A stretch of 64,000 bases of DNA from positions 52,948,001 to 53,012,000 of the forward strand of contig OZ024740.1 in assembly GCA_964016885.1 (NCBI GenBank), written 5' to 3'. This document shows positions 23,347-36,946 of the stretch, piece after piece. The DNA comes from Eledone cirrhosa (taxonomy: Eukaryota). A model generated the notes under the pieces. That model searched no databases. It was not told the DNA's origin and saw only the letters and a program-made list of their open reading frames with translations. Position 1 is the stretch's first letter. The number at the start of each line of letters is the position of its first letter. Both the position numbers and the translations under genes were made by a program.

Positions 23347-26276
23347 TTCTTCTGGTTTTATAATTTCACAAAGTTTTAGCAATAGAGAGAGAGTCGGTTT
23401 CTATCATAGACACAAGACTCTCTCATTGGAATTTACACATCAACTAGGTAGATATGTATGCATGTCTGCATGCATGCATGTGTAGATATGGATGTTATTG
23501 TATGTGTGGATGTGTATGTTTTGAGTTGTATGTGTGCTTAGTATCTGTACATGTGTATATGCAGTTATTAGATGCAAAATGTTTGGAATGTTTTACATAT
23601 TTTTACTGTTCCATTATTGGATTGTACTTGTAATTTCCTAACTAGTCGTGTTCTTTCTGTTCCTGTGAAGCCCAGCTTCTCAAGATTTGTATTGAGGCAG
23701 TTACTAACATATCCCAGTGCCTCAATAACATAAATCTGAAGGTATAGTCAGGGTGGAGTATCTGCAGATTTCTCATTAGTTTTGCATAAATATTCTCCTT
23801 TTCGCTAATCTTTGATATTATATTGGCATCTGCCGGGCAGCTAATTTCCACTACTGTGTATGCCTTCTTTTCCCTGTCACATATCATAATATCTGGTCTG
23901 TTATGCCTGCATTTTATTGGGGTTTTTACTGGAACATTTCACCAGTACTCTTTCATATTATGTATATGTATATCTTCCACATTTCTGTAGCTTTTAATGT
24001 GTTTATTATCGGGGCTATCTTTTCTACGGATTGCATTGTACAGTGTTTTGGCCACTATTCAATGCCTCAAGGGTAGATAGTACCGCGATTGCATCTTTGG
24101 ACAGCTGCTTATGACATGGGTGACATCTTCGATGTTAATTCTGCAGAGTCTGCACTTGTTATCACATCTAGGTGTTTTGCCTTCATCCCTATCTCTTTTG
24201 TATTTCGTTTTGATTTCCTGTTCTTGGATTGCAAAAGCGTATCCTTCAAAGTGGGAGCCAATATAGCGGTTGTTGGTCCAAGATAGACTACTTTCCTTAT
24301 CTATATTACTCTCATTCTGGAGCTTCCTGGGAACATATCCATGCATGATTTTTTGCTGATAAGCATGCAGTTTTTCATCTATGGATTCACTGCGATACTG
24401 CTTCCCTGGGTGTGAGTTTTTGATTACCACACAGGGAATACCTCTCGAGGAGTTCCTTCCCAACTCTCATGATCTTATCTGTTTCATGCAGATAGAATTG
24501 CTCAAGAGACGGGCTCCTACGCTTTGAGGTTCGTAGATGTTGTCGGAGGGATATGATGCGACATTCAAATGCTGTTTGGACTCATATTAGGCCTCTGCCT
24601 CTCTGCTTACGTTTCAAGTAAAGGCGGTCTATGTCACTGTTGATGTGGAAGTTTCCGGTGTTGTTTAGTATTTTTCGAGTTCTAACATCAATCGCTCGGA
24701 TTTCGTCTATCGTCCAATTGAGTATTCCAAACGTTGGTGTTAGGACAGGCACAGCAAACACATTGTGAGCCACTGTTTTGTTTTGCGCAGAGAGTTCCGA
24801 TGACAATAACTTTTTTAATCGGGTGTAGTATTCCCTGGTTACGCGTTCCTTATTACAGATAACATTATAAGATATGTTCTCATCTATCCCCAGGTATCTG
24901 TAGCAGTCCTCATCAGATATTGGTGAAATAGTTAGGCCATTGATACAAATGTTGCTAGATTGGGTTGTTGTTTTTCCCCGCTTTACAGTCCTATATGAGC
25001 ATTTATCTTGGCCAAACTCCATTCCTATATCTTTTGAGAATGTAGTAACCAGGTCAAGATATTTCTTCATCCCATCTATGTTCTTGGCATAGAGTTTCAG
25101 ATCATCCACAAAGAAATTATGGGTTAGGTTCGTATTTCTGTCCTCCTGTGAGCCAATGATGTATCCTTCACATTTCTTGAGCAGAAAGGACAAGGGGTTT
25201 AATGACAGGATTAATAATATCACAGAGAGACTGTCTCCCTGAAATATACCCCTACGATATTTTATTTTATCAGTGAAAATAGAGTCCTCCTTCTCTGACT
25301 TTAACTTTAGTATAGTAGCCCAAGAAGAAGACAGCTTCTCTATGGCTCTGACAATAATGTCTGGGACTTTAGCAAGTTGGAGGGCTTTTATCATCCAAGA
25401 GGTGGGAACAGAATCAAAAGCTTTCCTGTAGTCCAGCCAGACTGTAGCCATATTCCTCCTAAGTTGTCGCACCTCCGACATCGCAGTTTTGTTGATTAGG
25501 AGTTGTTCAGCACATCCCCAAACCCCTTCCTATCCAGCTGCTTGATTATCTGTGATGTTATTATTTTCACAGTGATCTTGGAGGAATATGTTCAGGCAGG
25601 CTGTATATATCTCATACATCAGGTTCTGGCATGCTATGGGTCGGTAGTTTTTTTGCCAGGTGGGTGTCTTTGTTCTTGGGGACCAGAAATGTTTGTGCTA
25701 ATGTCAACCATTCTGGTATAAGTGTATCCCCCTTAAGAACTTGTTGGCAGAGGTCGGTAAGATACCTCCGATAGAATATCAGTTTTTTGTACCAGTAGCC
25801 GACAATCATGTCTCTTCCTGGTGTTTTCTTATCTTGGAGTTTTCCTATCACAGTTTCAAGGGTACCCTCACTTATTTCGTATGTTTTTGTTGTAGTGTAG
25901 GAGCAATAGTTATTTTGGATTCCTTTTAACCACACGGCATCTTGATTGAAATTCTTCTTTTCACTCCATATTTTTCTCCAAAAGGAATCTGTCTTTCTGT
26001 GATGGTGCCTCAGTGACACTTATTATTTTGCCCTTCATATATCTATAGGCTGATGTTTGGTTTCATCTGAATCTTTTCTTTTATATACCTTCTTCATGTA
26101 TCGGCGTTTTTCGCTAACAGCTCTCAATTCTTGTTTGAGGGTGATCAGCTTATATTGAAGAGTTCTAGTTCTACTGTTACCAAACATCGTCTCTATTTTA
26201 TTTTTCACTCTTTGTTGGTGAGGAGTGAAGTTTTTTTGTGTTTGTTTGCATGTAAGGAGCATTGTCACATATCCTA
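23347..26276 (-). mobile_element. R4/Dong-clade non-LTR retrotransposon (family A), disrupted, with a (CATA)n 3' flank
   Basis: KTPGRD, WLDYRKAFDSVP, GIFQGDSLS, HNFFVDDLKLY, YRYLG, the CCHC motif CRLC..EDVTHVISSC, and the RLE motif HNRPDI..VEISCP. (TATG)n lies at 23272-23346. Confidence 0.9.
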
Positions 26277-26737
26277 TGTTGCTTTTGAGGTATCTCGAAT
26301 CGCATATGAGAAAATAAAAAGGGACGTGAGGAAGAGCATTGCTGTTGGATTTCCAGACAGCGAAGGTCCTCCCATGGCGCTGACATGCAGTGTCTGTACG
26401 AGACTCTGCCATGCCTGTCAAGTATGTGGAAGAGAGTGTAGATCAGCAGGAGGGCTCAAACGACATGCAAAAGTACATGAAATCCAACCACAACCTGTTA
26501 TTGCCAGTGAATGATTTGGGTGCCAACTCTGTGCAAGACATTTTAGATCATTGGCTGGGCTAAAAAGCCACATTCGATCGCAGCACCGTTAATTGTTATT
26601 GTGTGTGTGTATAAGTATGTGTGTGTGTGTGGGTTTGTGTGTGTGTGTATGTGTGTGTATATTTGTATATATATGTATGCGTATATGTATATATATAGAT
26701 ATGTATATGTGTGTGTGTGTGTTTATGTATGTGTGTT

Positions 26738-26768
<31 letters not shown>

Positions 26769-26780
26769 AAAAAATTTCTA
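26277..26780 (+). mobile_element. RTE LINE 3' fragment (C2H2-finger family), internally deleted
   Basis: Homologous to 30197-30692 and 54431-55030 (CQVCGRECRSAGGLKRHAKVH), followed by a microsatellite-rich 3' UTR. Confidence 0.8.
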
Positions 26781-26804
26781 TTATTATTATTATTATTATT
26801 ATTA

Positions 26805-28994
26805 CAGTTGCATTTATCTTGCTTTATGTTCATACGAGTTATCACCAAGTCACAACCAGTGACCTCAAGAGACAACAAGGTCCGCCATGTTCAAGAAAGA
26901 ACATACATATTCACACATGCATCTTTAGTGTTTAGACTTGTGATGTACTTATATTGACAGAATCTTCCTTAGTATATGGTCAGTTCCCATTAGTACTATC
27001 TTTTGTATTTCTCCTATACGCGGGTTTCCTGGGATTTGCGATAAGTAATCACTAGACCCCTTAGGTATCATTCCCAGAGCGCCTACAACCACTGGTATTG
27101 TTTTAGTTCTCAATTTCCACATTTTTCCAATTTCTATCTCCAGGTCCTTATACTTGCTCAATTTTTCAAATGTTTTTATAGATACATTCTTGTCTATTGG
27201 AACAGACATATCAATTAGCAGGCATACCCTCTTTTGAAAGTCTTTCAATATTATATCAGGTCTGTTTGCATCTATTTTTCGGTCTGTTTGGATGCTAAAG
27301 TTCCACAAGATTGAGATGTGATCTTTTTCAAGTATGGGAGGTGGTTGATGCTCCCACCAATTCTTTTGATGGGGCAGGTCAAAATGCTTACACATTATCC
27401 AATGTATGTATTGTGCAGCTCTGTCATGCCTGTTTAGGTATTCGGTTGGAGCTATAGGACTGCACATTGAAATTATATGGTCAATGGTCTCTGGTTGTTT
27501 TTTGCATACACGGCATAATGGGCTGCACCCATTTTTTATTATGTTGGCTTGGTAATTTTTTGTTGGCAGACACTGATCTTGTGCCGATATAATCAGTCCT
27601 TCAGTCCCCGATTTCAGTCCAGAGGATGCCAACCACTGATGGGTTAAAGTTTTGTCAACATCAGGATTGTTAGCTCGCTCTGGGTATTTTCCATACAGAG
27701 GCTTTTCTTGCCATTTCTTAGCCAGTTTCTGTAGCAGTTCTTTCTTTGCAGTTACTTTTACCTGCTTTGCTTTTTCTGTGTTTTCCATTTCAGCAGTAAA
27801 TGGGACTTCTGAAATTTGTAGTCCATTACTGTATCTTTGTGCATCTTTTGTAATGGAATATGATCTTTTGATGCTTTCGTGTTTCAAAACGAGTTTGATC
27901 ATCCAATCATGTGATTCCCTTAGATATGTAGATAATCCAATTGTTGCAGTTTTCAACGCAATGTCTAACTGGATTAACCCACGTCCTCCTTCTTTCCTAG
28001 GGAGATATATTCTATCTATATCTGCCTTAGGGTGATGCATTCTGTGCATGGTTAAGAATTTTCGAATTTTTGTATCGAGCCTACGGATCTCTGTGCTTGA
28101 CCAGTTGATGACATTGTAACTGTAGGTTACTACTGGTATGGCAAGCGTATTTATGGCATCGATCCTATTCCTTGCATTCAATTCCGTTTTTAAGATTGCT
28201 CTTACTCTGCGGTAACATTCCTTCCTTATCCTTTCCCTCATTGTCGAGTGCTTGATTCCGTCTCCTTCACAAACACCTAGATATTTGTAAGTTTTTTCTT
28301 GATCAAGTTCTCTTATCACGTTCCCCCGATCAAGATTAATGTCTGAACTCTTCAGCAGCTTTCCTCTGGTGAACGTTGCTTTGGCGCATTTATCTAGTCC
28401 AAACTCCATTTTAATGTCATCATTGAACTGCTTCACAGTGGATAATAGCCCTTGCAATTGTTCATCATTTTTTGCAAATAGTTTCAGGTCATCCATGTAG
28501 AACAGGTGATTAATGGTTTTGTCATAGACTTTATATCCATGTTTTGTTTCATTGAGCATTTTACTTAATGGTATAAGTGCGATGCAGAATAAAAGCGGTG
28601 ATAAAGAGTCACCCTGAAAAATTCCACAATTAATATTATCTTCTCCAGCTTCCAGTGATTTTGTTTCACTATTCAAACGGAGTGTCGTTTTCCATGTCTT
28701 CATACTGAATGACAAAAACCTCCTGACAATGGGGGATATTTTGAAAATCTCTAAACATTTTTCAATCCAACTGTGTGGCAAACTATCGAATGCTTTTTTA
28801 TAATCTATCCAAGCAATCGATAGATTTTTGTGTCTATTATGACAATCTTCCAGTATCATTTTGTTAACCAGAAGCTGATCCTTACAGCCATATGAGCCTC
28901 GTTTACACCCTTTATGCTCAATGGGAAATAGGTCATTTGTTATCAGGTGGTCATATGTGTATTCAGTTAGGACTGATGTTAAAATTTTATACAT
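26805..28994 (-). mobile_element. 5'-truncated Dong/R4-clade retrotransposon with a (TAA)n tail
   Basis: Uninterrupted ORF, a short 3' UTR and (TTA)n at 26780-26804. Confidence 0.92.
26949..28994 (-). CDS. RT + CCHC + restriction-like endonuclease ORF (5'-truncated)
   Basis: EHKGCKRGSYGCKDQL, WIDYKKAFDS, GIFQGDSLSP, HLFYMDDLK, YKYLG, CRVC..ETIDHIISMC and NRPDI..LIDMSVP..KLSKYKDL. Confidence 0.9.
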   Translation of the reverse strand: MYKILTSVLTEYTYDHLITNDLFPIEHKGCKRGSYGCKDQLLVNKMILEDCHNRHKNLSIAWIDYKKAFDSLPHSWIEKCLEIFKISPIVRRFLSFSMKTWKTTLRLNSETKSLEAGEDNINCGIFQGDSLSPLLFCIALIPLSKMLNETKHGYKVYDKTINHLFYMDDLKLFAKNDEQLQGLLSTVKQFNDDIKMEFGLDKCAKATFTRGKLLKSSDINLDRGNVIRELDQEKTYKYLGVCEGDGIKHSTMRERIRKECYRRVRAILKTELNARNRIDAINTLAIPVVTYSYNVINWSSTEIRRLDTKIRKFLTMHRMHHPKADIDRIYLPRKEGGRGLIQLDIALKTATIGLSTYLRESHDWMIKLVLKHESIKRSYSITKDAQRYSNGLQISEVPFTAEMENTEKAKQVKVTAKKELLQKLAKKWQEKPLYGKYPERANNPDVDKTLTHQWLASSGLKSGTEGLIISAQDQCLPTKNYQANIIKNGCSPLCRVCKKQPETIDHIISMCSPIAPTEYLNRHDRAAQYIHWIMCKHFDLPHQKNWWEHQPPPILEKDHISILWNFSIQTDRKIDANRPDIILKDFQKRVCLLIDMSVPIDKNVSIKTFEKLSKYKDLEIEIGKMWKLRTKTIPVVVGALGMIPKGSSDYLSQIPGNPRIGEIQKIVLMGTDHILRKILSI

Positions 28995-29240
28995 CCGAAA
29001 GTGTGTAAATATGTATATAGACATGTACCGCGCGGTTAAACCACTGGGAGTGAAGGACCCCTAGCCTGTGTCAGAGCATTCTTCTAGGAGAAGGCAACTC
29101 AGGAAACTGGGATAACTCCGTGCAATGGCCATACCCGATAACGAGGGGGCAGCCATCATGTATGTATGTATGTATGTATGTATGTATGTATGTATGTATG
29201 TATGTATGTATGTATGTATGTATGTATGTATGTATGTATG
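28992..29240 (+). mobile_element. RTE 5'-UTR-like segment fused to the RTE 3' terminal stem-loop and (ATGT)n tail
   Basis: 28992-29118 duplicates 29691-29908 with a deletion, and contains the CTAGGAGAAGGCAACTC motif. It continues into GTGCAATGGCCATACCCGATAACGAGGGGGCAGCCATC(ATGT)n. Confidence 0.65.
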
Positions 29241-29242
29241 CA

Positions 29243-29497
29243 TGTGGTCTCAGGAGCCACAGTCGCAGCCATGTTCAAACAGAATCAGTGAACTATGATA
29301 TCCATGGTATTGTGAAAGTTCACAGGCAACTTGATGCAAGACCTGAGACCAGGAAGATCCATAGTTGTCGTCAATGCGTGAAGTAGTGCAAATCTCTAGC
29401 AGGCTTGAAAAGCCATACCCGAGCGTAACATACCTGAATCTGAACAGCGGTTGCAATACTCTTAGCGTGAGTTTGTATCCATCATGTATGTATGTAT
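29243..29497 (+). mobile_element. RTE 3' end, third C2H2 family
   Basis: GLRSHSRSH...[20 protein letters not shown], with a terminal ATACTC..GAG..CCATC(ATGT)n. Confidence 0.6.
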
Positions 29498-29507
29498 TTA
29501 TGTATAT

Positions 29508-30196
29508 CGGGTCACTCTTGAGTGCTACTGGTAACATGTAACCCAGTACAACCTGTCGCATGGTCGGGTCATCGGCTACTAAACCGGCAACCCCACCAAG
29601 TTTACTTGGTCATGAGGTGATTTTGGACACCCTGCAGGACAAAAAAAAAAAACCTGACAAAGGGCGGAAGAACTCATGAGAGTCAACAGCCATCCAAAAG
29701 TGTGTAAATATGTATATACACATGTACATATGTATGTATATGTATATGCGTATATACATGGGTGCATGTGTATGTATATGTGCGGGGACATAGAAATAGT
29801 CGGGCTGGACACCCGATCGCGCGGTTAAACCACTGGGAGTGAAGGACCCCTAGCCTTTCTCAGGGCATTCTTCTAGGAGAAGGCAACTCAGGAAACTGGG
29901 ATAACTCCGATATCAAACCTGCGGCTCAGTAGTTACCGATGATGTTGATATTTTCTTCTTTTCGGGTTATAGCTACTGTCGCTCAGAGAGTGGGATTGGC
30001 TCAGTGCACAGTCTTTCCTCACTTTAAAAGATATCTTCACGCACAGCCATTGCACGATAGAATTAATTAATAATTATTAATAATGATATATCGTGCAATG
30101 GCCATACTCGATAACGAGGGGGCAGCCATCATGTATGTATGTATGTATGTATGTATGTATGTATGTATGTATGTATGTATGTATGTATGTATGTAT
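29508..30196 (+). mobile_element. Bipartite RTE-derived element (5'-UTR-like part plus 3' terminus)
   Basis: Homologous to 55438-55790, including TAGGAGAAGG..ACTC..TCAAACCTGC. It ends in the CTCG-ATAA-CGAG stem-loop and (ATGT)n. Confidence 0.6.
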
Positions 30197-30882
30197 GTCT
30201 TTGAAAGACGCTAACATCTCTGCTGATACATGGGAAAATGTTGCTGCTGATCGTAATAAATGGAGAAAGACTGTATATGAGGGAAAAGTTGCCTTTGAGG
30301 CATCTCGAATCGCATACGAGAAAGTAAAGCGGGATGTGAGGAAGGGCATTGCTGTTGCACTTCCAGACGGCGAGGGTCCTCCTATGATGCTGACATGCAG
30401 CGTCTGTGCGATACTCTGCTTAATCAAAGCTGGACTCGAAAGTCATCTTCGCAGTCATAAAGTAAGACCAGTGGTTGACTACCAGGCTGCTGTTGGAGAT
30501 GCTACTCATCATGCTTGCCAAGCATGTGGTAGAGAATGTAAATCAGCAGGAGGGCTCAAGCGACATGCAAAAGTACATGAACTCCAACCACAGCCGACTA
30601 TTCCCAGTGAATGTTTTGGTTGCCGACTCTGTGCAAGACATTTTAGATCATTGGCTGGGCTAAAAAGCCACATTCGATCGCAGCGCTGTTAATTGCTATC
30701 GTGTGTGTGTGTATAGATATGTTTATGTGTGTGTGTATATATATATGTATATTATTATTGTTGTTGTTGTCGTTATTATTATTATTGTTGTTATTATTAT
30801 TGTTATTATTATGTTTTCTTTTCTCGTGCAATGGCCATACTCGATAACGAGGGGGAAGCCATCATCATGTATGTATGTATGT
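30197..30882 (+). mobile_element. RTE LINE 3' fragment with three C2H2-type fingers
   Basis: SLKDANISADTWENVAADRNKWR followed by three Cx2C..H motifs, then the 3' UTR, terminal stem-loop and tail. Confidence 0.85.
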
Positions 30883-30892
30883 ATATGTGTGT

Positions 30893-30948
<56 letters not shown>

Positions 30949-31461
30949 TTTGTGCATGTGTGTATGTGTTTTACACGGAGCTTCGGTATGTTTTCTTGAC
31001 ACTATGTATCTGCACTAAGGAATCTTCATTCCAAGGCGCAGGTTTTGGTTCTAATGAAAGACTATTACACACCAGAGTGTGTGTATTGAGGCGAAGTCCT
31101 CACACATGATCAACCCCTACAATTGTATTAACACTGATATTGTTAACACTGTCATCGTTAGCGATAACGTCAGTGACATCACTACAGTAAACACTATAAC
31201 AAACACAACTTCGTAGTAACTCTTACTGTGGTTGGCAGTGAAGGAGCAAAATTCATTCTTGAAAATCTATTTTACATGCCACATTACACACAACGTTCCC
31301 TACTACACCATTAACTCCGACATCACTGATCCAAATACCATTTCTGATCGTCATCCAAATACTGATCACCACTATAGTCTTCTTCTTCTTCTTCTTCTTC
31401 TTCTTCTTCTTGAGAGACTCGTGGGGAAAGTATCGTTAAATACACCTTCCAGAGGGTCCTA

Positions 31462-31688
31462 TCATCATCATCATCTTCATCACCATCACCATCATCGTCG
31501 TCGTCGTCACCACCATCACCACCATCATCACCATCATCATCACCATCACCATCATCACCATCATCACCACCACCATCACCATCATCACCATCATCACCAC
31601 CACCACCATCATCATCACCATCACCATCACCATCACCATCACCATCATCATCATCATCACCATCAGCATCACCATCATCATCATCATC
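31462..31688. repeat. (CAT/CAC)n trinucleotide tract
   Basis: Read directly from the sequence. Confidence 0.95.
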
Positions 31689-32009
31689 GGCGTCGTTATT
31701 ATTGAGGTTGATGACGTAGTTGATAAGAGAGAAAAGGCCACAGATCATATATTACTGATTGAAGTGGTTAGAATTTGAAACTGTTGCTACTAGCACTTTT
31801 AATGATGATGATGATGGTTGTGATTGTGATGATTGTAATGATGATGTTGATGAGGATGATGATGATGAAGATTGTCATGAACATTTTGGAGGTGTTATTG
31901 GCGATGCTGCTGATAACGAGGTGATGATTTTGATCACGATGATAACAGAAACAATGATAATGGCGACGACAACGGCGTTCACGACAATGCTGATGAAACT
32001 GACAAGAAT

Positions 32010-32050
<41 letters not shown>

Positions 32051-32103
32051 GTACTACTACTAGTACTACTACTACTACTACTACTACTACTATTATTATT
32101 ATT

Positions 32104-32278
32104 GGATTGGCAGTGTCGGTAGAAGGTCGGACGCCTAGAGTTACGGCCCTTGCCATTCTGTGTTCAAATCCCGACGAGGTTAACTTTGCCTTTCATCCTT
32201 ACGGGGTCGATAAAATAAAGTACCAGTAATACACCGGGATAATTGCTGGCCTTGTGCCAAAAATAGAAACAATTACTA
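32104..32278 (+). mobile_element. SINE, major family
   Basis: GTTCAAATCCCGACGAGGTTAACTTTGCCTTTCATCC..., close to 16099-16285. Confidence 0.85.
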
Positions 32279-32304
32279 TTTTACCCCAGTTAATTACCAG
32301 TACC

Positions 32305-32499
32305 TGTAGAGCGTCGAACAAAATACTTTGTGGTATTTAATTATGACTTTCTCAGGTCAAATTCTGCCGAACTTTGCATTCCATCGTTACAGGGTCAATA
32401 AAAATAAAGTACCAGTAACGCACTGGGGTCGATTTAATCGTCTTTCCCTCTCGCTTCAAATTGCTGACCTTATGCCAAAAGTATAAACAATTATTATTA
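32305..32499 (+). mobile_element. SINE, major family (diverged)
   Basis: GGTCAAATTCTGCCGA..CTTTGCATTCCATC..AAAGTACCAG..GCTGACCTTATGCC. Confidence 0.75.
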
Positions 32500-32688
32500 T
32501 GAAGATGATGATGGTGATGATGGTGGTGATGATGATGATGGTGGTGATGATGATGGTGATGATGGTGGTGATGATGATGATGATGATGATGGTGGTGATG
32601 ATGATGATGCTGATGATGATGATGGTGATGATGGTGATGATGATGATGGTGGTGGTGATGATGATGATGATGATGATGGTGATGATGG

Positions 32689-32734
<46 letters not shown>

Positions 32735-32909
32735 GATGGTGGTGATGATGATGATGATGGTGATGATGGTGATGATGGTGATGATGATGATGGTGATGAT
32801 GGTGATGATGATGATGATGGTGGTGATGATGATGATGATGGTGATGATGGTGATGATGGTGATGATGATGATGCGACTGATGATGATGATGATGACGATT
32901 GTGATAACC

Positions 32910-32940
<31 letters not shown>

Positions 32941-33145
32941 CAAGGACGATGGTGAAGATGATGCTTCTGCTGATGAATGTGATGACGGTGATGATGACAA
33001 CAAAGATGATGATGGTGATGATGATGCTTCTGCTGATGGTTGTGATGACGGTACTGACGACAACAAAGATGATGATATTGATGGTTGTTGTCAATGATAA
33101 TAACTGTGACAATGACGAGGTTACTGATGCTGATGCTGATGCTAG
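32499..33145. repeat. (GAT/GGT)n trinucleotide tract
   Basis: Read directly from the sequence. Confidence 0.95.
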
Positions 33146-33421
33146 TGATAGTAGTTAAGTAAGGTTGTTTTGTTTGTCGCCATTTTACAGAAGGGAATGA
33201 CATTACATTGATCAGAAATTATCTTTATTTTATTTACCTTATTTTGGTCTCCCCCTCACTTTACTTCTCTTTCCACCCTTACCTAACTTTTATGTTTAGA
33301 CCCCGAGATAAATCTTTATTCATGAAATTCCTCCGTTCAATAAAATTTTTACATTCTTACCTGAAGTATTAGTTCACAATTCACCACCAGTCTCTTTCAC
33401 TCTCGTCTTATTTATCAGGAG

Positions 33422-34185
<764 letters not shown>

Positions 34186-34849
34186 AGCAAGTATACAAAT
34201 AGAAATGTTTCTGTATCAACGTATATAACTTTTACTTTACACTTTTTTCTATTGCTTTTCTATAATTCTTTTCACTTTGTATTCTAAGCTTTGCTTTTCT
34301 TTTTTCATTGCTTTGATTTTTAAGTGTTTGTGTGTATATATGTAAGTGTCTGCGTATGTGTGCGTACGTGTGTGTGTGTTTGTGTGTATGTATATGTGCA
34401 TGTGTTTCTGTGTTTAGTTTTACAGTTTGTCAATTAATATTGCCTGCAACTATACCATATTGTTTGTTGTTTGTTCTACTTCAAGCTTGGTTCCAACACT
34501 TACTATTTTTACTGATTTGCTGCTTGCCTTTATTTTTATTGTTTCGATGTTTCGTAACTTTGCTCACAGATCATCTAGGTTTAATCTACTTAAGTTAGTT
34601 TAGTTTTCCAAACTATTTTTCATCGAACTCTCTTCTATTTATTGTAAAGGCTTTTACTTTCTTTGTCACTTACTGCTACATTAGATCATTTTTATTTAAA
34701 ATTCATTTTTAAAAATTGTATTTGGTATTGTTACATATTATTCGTTGTTTGTTTCCAGCTCAACTTAACAAATTAAACACTCCCCTACCACAAAATGAGC
34801 TCAAACAAACTTTACATATTAACATGTCTTTCAAAAGTATCTACTGTCA

Positions 34850-36213
34850 AAAGGTGTAACTTATAAAGCATTTGAAAACCGATATAAGCATTCCAGCTTT
34901 CTTTCAGGAATTTATGAATATTTGCTCTGTATTAAGTCAATATCACCAAGAATAACGATAGCAACTGTCAATAGAAATCCAAAGCTAACCATGATCTATT
35001 ACAGTCGTACAAATACTGTAGAATTAAAGATTGCTGAAAATGTTTACAGTGAACTTTCAGGTTTGATACGTGCTGTCCTAAAATATAACCTAACTCTTGT
35101 CGCATGAGATTTTAATGCAAAGATCTGGACAAGACAAGTTTAAAGGGCTTTGATTTCATGACAAAACAGACAGAAATGGGGAGTTTACGTTGAATGTAAC
35201 CTGACTAGTTTGTATAATAAACAATCTAGGAACGTTGTGGACATTTAAATATCCATTAAATATCCATTAAAGTTAACTTGATCATATCTTAATAAATAAG
35301 TGGAAAATGGGGCAACGAACTGTGAAGGTTATAACTTTTTCTTGCCACTAGATTCAGATTATCGTCTTCTCACATCAATGATCAAATTATCACTAAGATG
35401 TAACAAAACTAACAAGGCAATCCTCTTTGACTGGTCTGCACTAAACACACATAAGAGCACCGGGGAAAATGACACAGTTGAAATTAGTAACAGATGCGAT
35501 GCCCTTCAAGAACATTCTCAAGACAATGTATGAAAACATAATTGAAGCACATAAACAGGCTACAGAACTGCACATATCTTTGAAACCGTGCAAAGTAATG
35601 AAGAAGGTTCCATGAGAAAACAAAGAAGTAGTAAGGTAAAGAAAAGAATTAAAAAGTACCTATTTTAATCACATGCTTTATCCGATCGAAAGAAGCGAAC
35701 AGCTTATAGTTGAAGCTAAAAAGAATTTGGATGATCCTTATATAAAAGAAAAAATAAGAGAGCTACATCTGGAAGAATGAAGAATTACTACATAATGCCT
35801 TTAAATCGAAAATCTAAGCTTGCATGGAATGTTATCATCTAAATAACTGGAAGAAAACAACCAACCAAGGTAAGATATAACTAAGTCCAGAGGAGGGAGA
35901 AAAGTTGTGGAACGAGCATTTTGCTAAGTTACTTGGACAACCTCCCTTGATAGTTGAAGGAAATATTTACAAGGTATTTTATCCACTGCTTAATAATGTT
36001 GAGGATTTTACAATGCAGGATTTGAAAGATGCAACCAAGTCGACACAAAACAACAAAGCTGCAGGCTGGATAATATATCAGCAAAAGTATAGACAGTATT
36101 CATGAACGATGAGCTAGTGTTATATTGGGAAGAGTAGTACTGTCATAGCCCTTGAAAGTATAAAGACATTCAGTAAAAAGCTGACGAGCATGTGTCCATA
36201 TTTTCCAAGATTT

Positions 36214-36215
<2 letters not shown>
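34850..36215 (+). pseudogene. Decayed LINE (AP endonuclease to RT start), RTE-like
   Basis: Broken motifs DFNAKI (35108), LDHILIN (35277), LDSDYR (35348), WNEHFAKLLGQPP and NNKAAG, with many stops and frameshifts. Confidence 0.65.
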
Positions 36216-36306
<91 letters not shown>

Positions 36307-36946
36307 ACTGAGAAGAAAATCACCGTGTATCAATAAAATATATGAATGAAAGCGTTAGTGCATACAGGTTGATATTAATGACACCTCTGAGATTAAAGGC
36401 CGCCATGGCCAGTCACTCTATTATTATAAGATCTATAAAGTAAACCATTATATTGCTTTCATTAAATTGCCTTATATTGGTTTGATTTTATTTATAAAAG
36501 AAAAAAGAGGAAAATAAATAATAAAAATGTACAAAGAAGTGGCATCTTCTGCCTGGTAAAGTGAAATTATCTATATACTATCACTATTGTGAAATAAACT
36601 GGAATTAGGTAATAGCTATTAAAGTGTGTGTAGAACGGGTGATCGTAAGAATGCAGCTAAATGTTCTCAGCCTCACCATAAACGTAACATACTTGCAAAA
36701 AACCACATTCCATGGCAATTCCTGTTTCTGAGCAGATTTATAGATTTTAACGAAGAAAGGGTCATAAAAGTATTTTGCTTAAAAATAAATTCACGAAAAG
36801 TTCAATATTTAATGATGTGTACTCTACGTATGGAAACTTCCTATACATGGATCAAGTTGATTAATCATAGACTGTCTGAGTGTATGGACGGACACCGTAA
36901 TTGACTGAAGCGACTCGTACACAGGCATTATATATATATATATAAA

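Noticed and set aside
28995-29024. N-terminus MSIYIFTHFR of the 691-aa ORF
   Set aside because: It derives from the neighbouring repeat (a copy of 29691-29728). The element is truncated at ~28994.
29508-29600. HDV-like ribozyme at the RTE 5' end
   Set aside because: Partial P1/P3/P4-like pairings exist, but I could not find P2 or P1.1. An Infernal search on the family consensus is needed.
31232-33203. Poly-His/Met/Asp/Ser ORFs as genes
   Set aside because: They are translations of (CAT)n/(GAT)n tracts that are open in several frames on both strands.
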